Below the pieces are notes generated by a model. That model was given only the letters and a program-made list of their open reading frames with translations, searched no databases and was not told the DNA's origin. A stretch of DNA of 64,000 nt from Myxococcota bacterium (lineage in GTDB: Bacteria; Myxococcota_A; Bradymonadia; UBA7976; UBA1532): the NCBI GenBank assembly GCA_036337435.1, contig JAYZEG010000030.1, positions 25,160-89,159 of the forward strand, in the 5' to 3' direction. How positions within the stretch are numbered: position 1 is the stretch's first letter; each line of letters starts with the position of its first letter. Shown here piece after piece: positions 54,903 through 64,000 of the stretch. The translations under genes and the position numbers were made by a program.

Positions 54903-55439
54903 ATGGAATGCATTGACAACGATTTGGCCCAAGCGAAAATCTATAGCTCCGATGGGCAAGAGAAACGCTTCTCTGACCTCTACGACTCTGGCCGTGTCCT
55001 GATTGTTTTTGTGCGCCACTTTGGCTGTATCTTTTGTCGACAGCGATTGGGACATCTAAAAGCACTCCTTTCCCGATTCGCTGAGGTCAACACTCAGGTT
55101 GCCGTCATCGGGAATGGGACAGAGTTAATGGCCCAAGCCTTTGCCGATGACCTGAACCTGGATGTCCCACTGTACACAGATCCGAAGCGCGAGACCTATC
55201 GACTGGCCGGGATGAAACGAAACTTCGGTCTAGGCCCGCGATCGATTCTAAATGCAGCTCGGTCTTGGAAAGATGGCTACCGTCAGGGTGCCATCGCGGG
55301 CGATGTGTGGCAGCAGGGTGGTGCGATGGTGGTCCAAACTGACGCCCAGGTCGTCTGGCATCAACCGGACACTGAGGCTGGCGACGTCATCGACTTCGAA
55401 GCGATTGTGAATGCCATCAAGCTGGGGCAGAAATCATGA
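54903..55439 (+). CDS. Peroxiredoxin-like (AhpC/TSA, PRXL2-type) thioredoxin-fold protein
   Basis: VLIVFVRHFGCIFCRQRLGHL (CxxC). 178 aa. Confidence 0.75.
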   Translation: MECIDNDLAQAKIYSSDGQEKRFSDLYDSGRVLIVFVRHFGCIFCRQRLGHLKALLSRFAEVNTQVAVIGNGTELMAQAFADDLNLDVPLYTDPKRETYRLAGMKRNFGLGPRSILNAARSWKDGYRQGAIAGDVWQQGGAMVVQTDAQVVWHQPDTEAGDVIDFEAIVNAIKLGQKS

Positions 55440-56398
55440 GTTTTTGGTCGAAGGCACTCGATCGATCAATCGTCTTTTCCTTCGATAAAACCGGCTATAA
55501 AAGACACGCGAAGGATTTTTTGGCGACGGAGACAGAGGGGTTACTCACCGACAAAACATTTTTGATCACAGGCTGCAATTCGGGCATCGGCTTTGCCTGC
55601 GCCAGGCAGCTTCTGCAACGAGACGCCCGTGTCATCATGGTCTGTCGTTCGGAGGAACGTGGTCGGTCTGCTCGAACTCAATTGATTGCAGAGACCCATA
55701 ATTCAAAAGTCGAACTCCGACTGGCTGACATGGCTGACCTAGACCAGATCAATTCAATGGCCAACGGATTTTCGGAGCCCTTAGATGGCCTGATTCACAA
55801 TGCAGGCAATCTGATCCATGAAAAAATAACGGCCTCCTGTGGTGTGGAATACATCACGGCCTTACACGTGGTGGGGCCTTACCTTCTGTCCATGCGGCTC
55901 AAGGCAAATCTCACCGAATCGGGCTCGCAAAACGCAGCCAGAGTCGTCTTCGTCTCGTCTGGTGGGATGTATACCCAACGGCTGAATTGTGACCAACTTT
56001 TTGACCCCAGCGGACCCTATGATGGGGTCAGGCATTACGCACACACGAAACGGGGTCAGGTTGTCCTGGCCAAAGCCTTACACCAGCGGTGGTCTGATGC
56101 TGGACTCAGCGTTCATGCGATGCACCCCGGATGGGTCGATACGCCTGCCGTCCGACGCGCCATACCCACCTTCGCAAAGCTCACAAGTCCCATTTTAAGG
56201 AATCCGGATCAGGGGGCAGATACGCTGTCGTGGCTTGCAGGCGGCCCAAGATTGAAGATTGACGAAGACTTTGGGTTTTGGTTCGACCGAATGCGAGCAC
56301 CGCTCCACTTGAAAAAGAGCACTGCATCGCCCGAGGATGACGGCACTCTTTTACTGGACCGACTCAGCGACATGATCAACAGGGGGGCTGCTTGCTAA
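55436..56398 (+). CDS. Short-chain dehydrogenase/reductase
   Basis: Motifs: LITGCNSGIGFACA, HNAG, YAHTKR. ATGA overlap with the upstream gene. Confidence 0.85.
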   Translation: MSFWSKALDRSIVFSFDKTGYKRHAKDFLATETEGLLTDKTFLITGCNSGIGFACARQLLQRDARVIMVCRSEERGRSARTQLIAETHNSKVELRLADMADLDQINSMANGFSEPLDGLIHNAGNLIHEKITASCGVEYITALHVVGPYLLSMRLKANLTESGSQNAARVVFVSSGGMYTQRLNCDQLFDPSGPYDGVRHYAHTKRGQVVLAKALHQRWSDAGLSVHAMHPGWVDTPAVRRAIPTFAKLTSPILRNPDQGADTLSWLAGGPRLKIDEDFGFWFDRMRAPLHLKKSTASPEDDGTLLLDRLSDMINRGAAC

Positions 56399-57171
56399 TG
56401 GCGTAGCCTTTTGATGCCGTCGACGAGAATTTGCACTTCGTTGGAATAGAGCTCACCCCGAGGAGAGGCGCCCGGGTTGATTCTGACGGCACCAACGCCC
56501 AGGCTGAGTAACAAGGGAAAGAGCGACATCCCGTCAACGAGCGTCGCCGCATGGCCGGTGGGGCTAAAACGGTCCAAGTGCTCCAGAGTCGTGAAAAGTG
56601 CTGCCACTGGACGGTCACCAAGGGTGTCTATGGAGCTGATTGCAGGCGGCTCCTCGGTCGCCACGGTCGGCTCGTCAACAGCAACAAGAAAGGACCGTTT
56701 GACCAACATCATATACAGGCCTGTTCGTGCAGCCCATGACCGCTCCCGCGCCAAATTCTCCATCGCCTTGTGAATCTCAACAGCATCGAGTTCGGGGTGG
56801 TCCTCAAAACAGATTTTGGTCTCAAAACTCTCAGCATCAAAAAATGTCGATAGGGTGTCTATGGCCCATTGAACCCACGTGTCTAACTCGGCTGTATCGA
56901 CCCCGATGTTACGGGAAAAATTATCCGATGCACGTGAGCGGCGAAATCCAATTTTTTCGCAATGTGCTGCAAATTCAACCGTCATCCGACTCCGATCAAC
57001 CTGCCGTCCAGCGGACACCTCGACTCCGACTTCACCGAGGCCCGGCTGACCAAAAAAAACGGCGTAGCCGTCATTGCCAATGATGGCTACCCGTCGACGA
57101 CGGGCATTCGATGCTACCAGCGCCTCGAGATGTTTCCGTACAGTCTCTTTGACCTCATTGTGCTTCTCCAT
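56395..57171 (-). CDS. Hypothetical protein with SseB-like C-terminal half
   Basis: Start chosen at MEKHNEVKE. The C-terminal stretch PVAALFTTLEHLDRF...LVDGMSLFPLLLSLGVGAVRINPGAS resembles SseB-family proteins. Weak call. Confidence 0.5.
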   Translation of the reverse strand: MEKHNEVKETVRKHLEALVASNARRRRVAIIGNDGYAVFFGQPGLGEVGVEVSAGRQVDRSRMTVEFAAHCEKIGFRRSRASDNFSRNIGVDTAELDTWVQWAIDTLSTFFDAESFETKICFEDHPELDAVEIHKAMENLARERSWAARTGLYMMLVKRSFLVAVDEPTVATEEPPAISSIDTLGDRPVAALFTTLEHLDRFSPTGHAATLVDGMSLFPLLLSLGVGAVRINPGASPRGELYSNEVQILVDGIKRLRH

Positions 57172-57368
57172 GACGCGTGTCCTCCATCTGTGTTTAGTCA
57201 GCAGCTGCTGGCTCAGGCCCTGACAAACCCTCTGCATCGAGGTCTGCCCTTTCTACTCTGACAACGCCAAAGTCGGCCACTGGGTGCGCTCCATGTGACT
57301 GCTTGCAATACAGAGCATGCCGTAAGCAATTTGGTGGCAGTGCAACGCGAGAATTGAAAACCACACGG

Positions 57369-57384
57369 CCAGCGGTACCGCTGG
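57369..57384 (-). terminator. Hairpin (perfect 16-bp palindrome CCAGCGGTACCGCTGG) 30 nt downstream of the ABC ATPase gene
   Basis: It forms a 6-bp stem with a GTAC loop. On the minus strand it is followed by ccgtgtggTTTTc, so the T-tract is short and displaced. Confidence 0.4.
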
Positions 57385-57414
57385 TTCGACCGTCATCCTA
57401 TTTCTGGCATCACA

Positions 57415-59292
57415 TCAAGGCTCAGCAGAAAAATTGGACGATGCGATTCGCTGTTTTTGACGCATGTCTATCTGGTCCAAGTTGTCGCGGGGAATCGCTG
57501 CAATCAGACGCTCAGTATAGGGCTCTTTTGGATTTTGATAGATGGCTTCGCTGGGACCAAACTCAACAAATTTGCCTTGGTTCATGACAGCCATCATGTC
57601 GCTCATGAATTTGACGACACTCAAATCATGGCTGATGAAGATATAGGTGAGTCCAAATTCAGCCTGAAGATCCTTCAACAAGTTCAAGACCTGCGCCTGT
57701 ACAGACACGTCGAGGGCAGAGACTGACTCATCACAAATGATCAGGTCTGGCTTGAGAGACAAAGACCGCGCGATACAGATCCGCTGCCGCTGCCCGCCTG
57801 AAAATTCATGCGGGTATCGATTGAGGTATTGGGCACCCGGCAGACCAACTTTATCGAGTAAATCGAGCACCATAGCTCGCCGTTGTTCGTAATCTTCACC
57901 AATGCCATGGACATCCATAGGCTCCATGATCGTCGTCTCGATGGTCTTCCTGGGATTGAGGGAGCCGTACGGGTCCTGGAAAATAATTTGGAATCGTTTT
58001 CTAAACTTTCTCAGCTCGGCTTGGGACATCGTCGTGATGTCCTGACCATCGAAGATGACCTGACCGGCTGTCGGGTCGATCAAACGCATCACGGCGCGAC
58101 CCGTCGTGGTCTTTCCACAACCAGACTCGCCAACAAACCCAAGGGTCTGTCCGCGGTAGACATCAAAACTCACTCCATCCACAGCTTTGACGTGGTCGAC
58201 AATTTTACTAAAAAACCCTTTCCTAACTGGGAAATGCATCTTTAGGTCGCGAACACTCAAGAGTGGCTTTTCATCGAGTCCTGCAAAGGTCGTGTCATCG
58301 GCATAGTCGCTTCGATCGGTGGAGTAGCCCAACTCGCCCAAACGCTCGATTGGATACAGATGGCGACCGCGCCCGTCCAATTCCATTCCCTCAAGCCAAC
58401 CCGGTTCGAGCACGCGTTCCTCAATACTGTAGTTACCCTCATCGTCATAAACCGTGTCCATATAATCAGGTACGGTGGGCAGGCGTCTCAGCTTCGATTC
58501 TAACTTGGGCCGACATGCGAGAAGACCCTTCGTGTATGGATGCTCGGGCGACTCAAAGATTTGTTTGACACCGCCATACTCGACCAATTTACCGCGATAC
58601 ATCACGGCAACCTCATCAGCGATCTCGGCGATGACACCCAAATCATGCGTGATGAAGATCATCCCCATGCCCCGCTGGTCACGTAATCGTCTCAACAAAT
58701 CAAGAATTTGAGCCTGAATCGTGACATCCAATGCGGTTGTTGGCTCATCGGCGATTAAGAGCTTTGGGTTACACGACAGAGCCATCGCGATCATTACGCG
58801 TTGTTTTTGACCCCCGGACATTTCATGTGGATACATGTCAACCCGTTGCTCTGGGTCTGGAATGCCCACTTCTCTAAACAGTTCAATGGTCCGCGCTCGA
58901 GCTGCTTTTTTGTCAACCTGCTGGTGAAGCATAATCGCTTCCATGACCTGGTTGCCCGTTGTGTAAACGGGGTTTAACGAGGTCATCGGTTCCTGGAAGA
59001 TCATCGAGATCTCCGCCCCCCTGATGGAGCGAATTTTTGCCTCGCTCATGTCCCGTAAGTTTTCCCCGGCAAACAGGATCTTAGAGCCTTCTTCGAGGCG
59101 AGCTGTCTGCGGAGGTAATAGGCGCATGATAGACAGACTGGTCACGGATTTTCCACTACCCGACTCACCGACAATTCCCAATGTCTGCCCGGCTTTGACT
59201 TGGACATTGAGGCCGTCGACCGCTTTAACAACGCCGATATCCGTATGGAAGTAGGTTCGGAGGTTTTCTAGCTTTAAAATGGTGTCACTCAT
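57415..59292 (-). CDS. ABC transporter ATP-binding protein, fused tandem (DppD/DppF-like)
   Basis: Two Walker A motifs ([16 protein letters not shown]), two signatures ([16 protein letters not shown]) and two Walker B motifs ([16 protein letters not shown]). Confidence 0.9.
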   Translation of the reverse strand: MSDTILKLENLRTYFHTDIGVVKAVDGLNVQVKAGQTLGIVGESGSGKSVTSLSIMRLLPPQTARLEEGSKILFAGENLRDMSEAKIRSIRGAEISMIFQEPMTSLNPVYTTGNQVMEAIMLHQQVDKKAARARTIELFREVGIPDPEQRVDMYPHEMSGGQKQRVMIAMALSCNPKLLIADEPTTALDVTIQAQILDLLRRLRDQRGMGMIFITHDLGVIAEIADEVAVMYRGKLVEYGGVKQIFESPEHPYTKGLLACRPKLESKLRRLPTVPDYMDTVYDDEGNYSIEERVLEPGWLEGMELDGRGRHLYPIERLGELGYSTDRSDYADDTTFAGLDEKPLLSVRDLKMHFPVRKGFFSKIVDHVKAVDGVSFDVYRGQTLGFVGESGCGKTTTGRAVMRLIDPTAGQVIFDGQDITTMSQAELRKFRKRFQIIFQDPYGSLNPRKTIETTIMEPMDVHGIGEDYEQRRAMVLDLLDKVGLPGAQYLNRYPHEFSGGQRQRICIARSLSLKPDLIICDESVSALDVSVQAQVLNLLKDLQAEFGLTYIFISHDLSVVKFMSDMMAVMNQGKFVEFGPSEAIYQNPKEPYTERLIAAIPRDNLDQIDMRQKQRIASSNFSAEP

Positions 59293-59303
59293 CGCTGTCT
59301 ACC

Positions 59304-60587
59304 TCATTTCCGCATCTTGGGATCCAGGGCATCTCGTAACCCTTCCCCGACCAAATTAAGGAGCGTGACCGTAATGAAGATGGCGAGACCCGGAATCAAA
59401 ATGAGATGCCATTCTTGAGTGAGGTAACCATCTCGTAGGGTCTGACCCCACGACGGTACATTGATGTCTCCGAGGCCTAGAAATGAGAGTGAACTCTCAA
59501 TCAAGATGGCCGCCGCGACACCAAAGGTCGCTGCCACCAAAACAGGACCCAGGGCGTTGGGTAAAATATGCTGGAAAATGATCCGACGCGTCGAGAAACC
59601 CAGTGCGATTGCGCTTGTGACAAAGTCCAGGTTTCTCAACCGATAAAATTCACCACGCACCAATCGAGCAACACCCGTCCATCGCAATAACCCGATAACC
59701 AGCATGATGTGAAAAATAGACGGCTCTTCAATAAATGAAATCAGCACCAATAAAACAATTAACGTCGGCACAGCCATCACGATCTCGATGACACGCTGAA
59801 TAATCAAGTCGATACGGCCGCGAAAATAACCCGCAAAGGCACCCAGAAAGATCCCGATGGTCACATAGATGCCAACGGCGATGACGCCCACCGACAAAGA
59901 GATCCGAATGCCGTACAGCATACGGACCATCACGTCACGGCCAACAGAATCGGTTCCCATGGTGTATGATCGACACTCACCCGCACTCTGATCTTGTTTT
60001 GAACAATCAGCTGTAAAGCCGGGCTTTTTGAGCTTGTCTTTCAAGATTTGCTTCGAATACCCGTATTCGATGGGCGGAAAAACAGCACTGATGGTGCGGG
60101 ATTCCTTTGTCGTGGCCTCGACATAATCTTCGTAGCTGTGGATGTTTTTACGACCCTGTGGATTCAATAAAATGAAGATAAAACACAGGGTAAAAAAACC
60201 GGCCAAGAGCTGCCCGAACCGCTTCATTTTCTGCCGGCGTACACGCTTGCTTAAACCGAAAGATTGAATCCGCCGCACACCAACAATCCAGAGACAGAAA
60301 AGCGGAACACCCAAAACCAGCAAGAGATTAAAGAACTTGTCGACACCGTTCTCGAAATAATTGTCGTCAAATAGAGAGGTAAACCAAGGAAAATAGGTGG
60401 TCCCACCCTCCTGCCAATAAAACGCCCTTTCGGAGGCAATAATTGGTGCAAATATCGCGAGGATAAACATCCCGGCTAAAAGCCAGAGAGACAAATAAGC
60501 TGTCTTATTCTTCTTGAATTGACTCCAGACAATGTCACTAAAGGTCGCATCTTCGTGTCCGGCTGACTGCTTTACAACATTCGACAT
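59304..60587 (-). CDS. ABC peptide-type permease (OppC/DppC-like) with enlarged N-terminal region
   Basis: Motifs: GTDSVGRDVMVRMLYG and the C-terminal BPD_transp_1 core. 427 aa. Confidence 0.85.
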   Translation of the reverse strand: MSNVVKQSAGHEDATFSDIVWSQFKKNKTAYLSLWLLAGMFILAIFAPIIASERAFYWQEGGTTYFPWFTSLFDDNYFENGVDKFFNLLLVLGVPLFCLWIVGVRRIQSFGLSKRVRRQKMKRFGQLLAGFFTLCFIFILLNPQGRKNIHSYEDYVEATTKESRTISAVFPPIEYGYSKQILKDKLKKPGFTADCSKQDQSAGECRSYTMGTDSVGRDVMVRMLYGIRISLSVGVIAVGIYVTIGIFLGAFAGYFRGRIDLIIQRVIEIVMAVPTLIVLLVLISFIEEPSIFHIMLVIGLLRWTGVARLVRGEFYRLRNLDFVTSAIALGFSTRRIIFQHILPNALGPVLVAATFGVAAAILIESSLSFLGLGDINVPSWGQTLRDGYLTQEWHLILIPGLAIFITVTLLNLVGEGLRDALDPKMRK

Positions 60588-60596
60588 CTCGACCTC

Positions 60597-62036
60597 CTAA
60601 TCAAACGTGATTCGTGGGTCGACAAGCGCATAGGATAAGTCTGCCAAGAGCATGCCGATGAGTGTCAATAAACTGGAGATCAGCAACACGGCCATGACCA
60701 CATTGTAATCGTACTGCGTGACGCTCGTGAAGATGTAGCTGCCCATGCCGGGTATCTGGAAGATGACTTCAATGATGACCGAGCCGCCGATCAGCGCTGG
60801 CAGCAATGTTGCCATCAGCGTCAAAATAGGAATCATCCCATTTCGAGCCGCATGCTTCACGATAACGATTCCCTCGGGCAGACCTTTTGCTCGAGCCGTT
60901 CGGATATAATCGGCCCGAATCACATCGAGTAAGCCCGTCCGCGCATATCGGGACAGCGCAGCCAAGCCCCCATAACTCATGCAAACGATCGGCAAGGTCA
61001 CATGCCACAAAACATCCTTAATCACTTCTAATGCTGTCATTTCATGAGCATCACTGGATTGAAATCCCAGATTGGGAAAGATCGCCCAGTCGCCGACGGT
61101 GAGCGCATTGAGCAAAATCACAGCAACAAAGAAAGACGGCAGGCTGTAGAGCATGAACAGGATGAAGGTCACTAATTTGTCAGCGACCGTGTTCTGTCTG
61201 ACAGCCGACCAGATGCCCAACGGCAATGAGATAAGATAGATAAGAAAAACCGAGCTGACGGCGAGTGTAATCGAATATTTAAGCTTGGAGAGAACCGTCT
61301 CCAACACGGGTTTTTTATCGATATGAGACTTACCAAAATCAAGCCTTAATAGGTTGCTCCAGTACTTCGCAAAACGGGTGTCCGTGAAAAATATTGAGAC
61401 CTTATCTGGAAACGAATAGGACCAGACTTTGGAGTGAGTAGACCACCATTGTCGCCAAAATTCGACCACCTGAGCCTCGGTTTTTTCACCCGCCTTATCG
61501 ACATAAAACCGCCAGGCTTTGATCTCTCGATTGCGCTTTGCAATGGCTTTATTTTCGAGCCTCTCAGCGTCGATATTATCGGTAAACTTGGTGATAATTC
61601 GCTCTTTTGCATTGACTGTGAGTCGCTGACTGGCCTTGGCCCTCATTTCCACGCGCTCATGATTAAGAAGACAATGGATCAGGCTCGGAACCGCATAACG
61701 TCCCCAATTCTCAATGCGGTCACGGGCCGCGATTTGATCTGCGAGACTCACGGATTTGTCCAGATTTAAAATCTGTTCCAGTGTGGCTTCGACATCGTCA
61801 TTGGACAGAGCGTAACGGGTGTTGAACAAAATGGGTTTGTCGAGATTAAATTGCTCTTTGAAAATTCGATACGATTCCCGATTATCGCCCTTTTGGGCAT
61901 CCTGGGAACCCTCGCCCGATAACTGATTTGCACCCGGATTACCGGCACCGAAGTTGAGGAGCACAAAGACCAACATACTGATGGCAAAGAAGGTCGGCAC
62001 CATGAGCGCGATTCGCTTTAAAGTATAGGTTAACAT
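60597..62036 (-). CDS. ABC peptide-type permease (OppB/DppB-like) with an insertion of about 170 aa after TM1
   Basis: N-terminus MLTYTLKRIALMVPTFFAISMLVFVLL, and ARAKGLPEGIVIVKHAARNG in the core. 479 aa. Confidence 0.85.
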   Translation of the reverse strand: MLTYTLKRIALMVPTFFAISMLVFVLLNFGAGNPGANQLSGEGSQDAQKGDNRESYRIFKEQFNLDKPILFNTRYALSNDDVEATLEQILNLDKSVSLADQIAARDRIENWGRYAVPSLIHCLLNHERVEMRAKASQRLTVNAKERIITKFTDNIDAERLENKAIAKRNREIKAWRFYVDKAGEKTEAQVVEFWRQWWSTHSKVWSYSFPDKVSIFFTDTRFAKYWSNLLRLDFGKSHIDKKPVLETVLSKLKYSITLAVSSVFLIYLISLPLGIWSAVRQNTVADKLVTFILFMLYSLPSFFVAVILLNALTVGDWAIFPNLGFQSSDAHEMTALEVIKDVLWHVTLPIVCMSYGGLAALSRYARTGLLDVIRADYIRTARAKGLPEGIVIVKHAARNGMIPILTLMATLLPALIGGSVIIEVIFQIPGMGSYIFTSVTQYDYNVVMAVLLISSLLTLIGMLLADLSYALVDPRITFD

Positions 62037-62045
62037 GGCACTCTC

Positions 62046-64000
62046 CTACTCCCCATTAAGATACCAAGCACGGGGATTGAGATAGGGACGAACCTTGCCG
62101 ACAGCCGTGGCGTTTTGTAGTTGGGGTGTCCAGAAATAAGGCACCTTGCTTTGGAACAAAAAGGTATAGGGTTGCTCTTCATAAATCAGCCGATGAAACG
62201 CTTTTGACAGGGCATATCGCTTATCCATGTCAAATTCGAATTCCATCGCCTCGATGATCTCATCGGCCTTCTTATTTCGAAATCCAACGTAATTACTGCT
62301 CTGAGGTTCATCAGCATGTCGAGAATGCCAAATCTGGTCGAAATCAACATTGGGGCTTGTGCCCCAGCCAAGCATAACCGCATCGAACTGCTTGGTTTGG
62401 AGTTCCTTTAAGAAATTCGCCCATTCCATGGCTTTCAGATTACATTTCACACCGATCTTTTTGAGAGACTCTTTTAAGATTTCCGCTGTCATTCGGTGCG
62501 TTGGCTTGGCGACAATGTTGAAGGTAAATTCGAAGGCCGTCTTGCGTCCATTGATGGTCTTATCGAGGATTCCATCATTGTCGGAGTCGGTCCAGCCTGC
62601 TTCATTGAGCAGTGCGGCCGCTTTCTTCAAATCGAATGGAATGGGTTTGAGGCTGTCATCGTAATGGGGTAGGCCTGGTGTAATTGGACCCGTTGTTCTC
62701 TTACCAAGATTGAAGCGAATTTCAGATAAGATCTCATCGGTCTTGAGGGCATAGCTCATCGCCCATCGAACTCGCTTATCGGAGAAAAACGCCTTATCGG
62801 CATTCCAGCCGATGTAACCATAGCCATAGGTCCAGAAGAAATCATGTTTGATGCTGCCGTCTTTAAAAGGGGACTTGGGATCTTCATCCCCCAACACTTG
62901 GCGGTACTGCTGTGAGCCAAGGGAGGTGACGTGGACGCCTTCATTCTTACTTTTTCCTACGGCAGACGCAGACTTGAGCAGCATCCGAGGATGCTGACTG
63001 TTGTCTTTTACGATCTTGATTTCGATGCGGTCGGCCGCATTGCCGCCGAGGGGATACCACGGGTCTCTCTCCAATTGGACGGCAACGCCCCGTTCAAATT
63101 TGACAAATCGATAAGGTCCATTGCCAACGCCGCGGGGATTATACCAATGTTCTTCGAATTTCGTGCCGATGACCTCATCGTCAAAGCGGGTGCCATCAGC
63201 ATCATATGCATACAAAAACTCCGGTACGGTACTCAGCCATTTCGAAATCAGATCGTTTTTGTACTTCTTATTTTTAAATTTGATCTGAAGGCTGAAATCA
63301 CCCGTGGCCATGACACCGGAGATATCGAGGTCTGAAAAATAGCTACGCGCTGACGCCGCTTTACCGACTTGTGGATTGAGCATCATCTTCATCCAGAAGA
63401 TCACATCATGAGCTGTTACGCGACAACGCCCATTTACCCAGTGCCGATCAGCACTCAAGGCCACATTCTTGAGATGTGGCTGCGTCTTTTTCAACAGTGC
63501 AGCCGTTCTCGACCCAACGGCCTTACAGCTGGTCCCATCCACAAGCCATGGCCGTGTCTCATCCTCATCAAGTGCAGGCGTGTGCCAAAAAATATCGGGC
63601 CGGATTCGATAGCTATAGGTCAAATAGTCATCGCTGCGACCCAAATAGGTTGCCAAAGAGGGTGCATACTTGGTGACTTCTTCTTTGTGTCGAGTGACCA
63701 GCGGCGTCATATTCAATGCTTGTATATTACTGACGTCGACACTGTTTTCGATGAGATAATTAAACCCTTTCGGATCACTTCCAATGAGAAGTTTGAGGGT
63801 TCCACCCACTTCGGGTTGATTGGGATACCAAGGCGTGAAGTCTGGCTCAAGGAGTCCGGCGAATGCGCTCTGGCCCCACAGGCTTGGGTCAACTGGATTG
63901 CCGCTGGACTGAGTGCCGCGAACCTCTTCGACGCGTGATGCTTTCTGAGCCTTGAGTTGGTTGGCCTCGATTCGATTATTTTGCCAAACAAAGACAATCC
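62046..64000 (-). CDS. ABC substrate-binding protein, family 5 (OppA/DppA-like); 5' end lies beyond the window
   Basis: The track starts at a GTG (63809). The same frame stays open to position 64000 (hand translation ...NQLKAQKASRVEEVRGTQSSGNPVDPSLWGQSAFAGLLEPDFTPWYPNQPEVGGTLKLLIG), so the CDS is partial here. Confidence 0.85.
   Translation of the reverse strand, partial: IVFVWQNNRIEANQLKAQKASRVEEVRGTQSSGNPVDPSLWGQSAFAGLLEPDFTPWYPNQPEVGGTLKLLIGSDPKGFNYLIENSVDVSNIQALNMTPLVTRHKEEVTKYAPSLATYLGRSDDYLTYSYRIRPDIFWHTPALDEDETRPWLVDGTSCKAVGSRTAALLKKTQPHLKNVALSADRHWVNGRCRVTAHDVIFWMKMMLNPQVGKAASARSYFSDLDISGVMATGDFSLQIKFKNKKYKNDLISKWLSTVPEFLYAYDADGTRFDDEVIGTKFEEHWYNPRGVGNGPYRFVKFERGVAVQLERDPWYPLGGNAADRIEIKIVKDNSQHPRMLLKSASAVGKSKNEGVHVTSLGSQQYRQVLGDEDPKSPFKDGSIKHDFFWTYGYGYIGWNADKAFFSDKRVRWAMSYALKTDEILSEIRFNLGKRTTGPITPGLPHYDDSLKPIPFDLKKAAALLNEAGWTDSDNDGILDKTINGRKTAFEFTFNIVAKPTHRMTAEILKESLKKIGVKCNLKAMEWANFLKELQTKQFDAVMLGWGTSPNVDFDQIWHSRHADEPQSSNYVGFRNKKADEIIEAMEFEFDMDKRYALSKAFHRLIYEEQPYTFLFQSKVPYFWTPQLQNATAVGKVRPYLNPRAWYLNGE

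Noticed and set aside
54685-55065. Upstream 127 codons of the 201-aa minus-strand ORF 54460..55065
   Set aside because: Its 5' part runs antisense through the start of the peroxiredoxin-like gene (54903..) and would leave no promoter space. Only the distal part is kept, and only as a low-confidence candidate.
1-64000. Searched by eye for CRISPR arrays, IS/transposase or integrase genes, phage genes, toxin-antitoxin pairs, reverse transcriptases and known defence-system ATPase/nuclease modules
   Set aside because: None found. No regularly spaced direct repeats are present, and no ORF has transposase, integrase or RT motifs. The only nuclease is a DEDD exonuclease in a housekeeping-looking operon. 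The window looks like core chromosome.

Overview
This 64-kb window looks like ordinary chromosomal backbone from a Gram-negative (diderm), flagellated bacterium. I cannot place it taxonomically from sequence alone. The gene content (PEGA-type Ser/Thr kinase, PP2C phosphatase, paired ArsA/Get3-like ATPases, long Flagellin_IN-type flagellins, menaquinone pathway) is reminiscent of Bdellovibrionota/Myxococcota-like lineages.

I support about 58 CDS, one tRNA-Leu(GAG), four intrinsic terminators and several regulatory repeats.

Main blocks:
- **Glycolysis unit (minus strand):** a tightly coupled gap-pgk-tpiA-secG-tRNA-Leu unit that ends in a strong terminator.
- **Four-gene operon:** two ArsA-like ATPases, a thioredoxin-like protein and a DEDD exonuclease.
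- **Ribosomal/arginine unit:** rplM-rpsI-argC-fxsA.
- **Menaquinone supra-operon (about 9.6 kb):** menF-menD-menA-menC-menE, a polyprenyl-PP synthase, a DAHP synthase and menG. Five junctions are 4-nt ATGA overlaps. A divergent GbsR/MarR regulator sits upstream across a perfect 22-bp palindrome.
- **Two isolated flagellin genes.**
- **A His-rich metal permease.**
- **A lipoprotein trypsin-like protease** carrying four copies of an unrecognised repeat of about 95 aa.
- **An Opp/Dpp-type ABC importer.**

I found no CRISPR array, IS element, integrase, prophage gene or recognisable defence or toxin-antitoxin module. I therefore do not claim a new system.

The observations most worth follow-up are:
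- a hotdog thioesterase gene nested fully antisense inside the menE ORF;
- the complementary Walker-A degeneracy in the ArsA-like pair;
- the protease repeat module and the TGTNACA heptamer array upstream of it;
- a kinase homologue with HAN in place of HRD;
- a divergent flagellin paralogue;
- a gene-poor gap of about 500 bp with a Cys/Gly-rich orphan ORF.

All functional calls rest on motif recognition by eye in the supplied translations. No database search was run.
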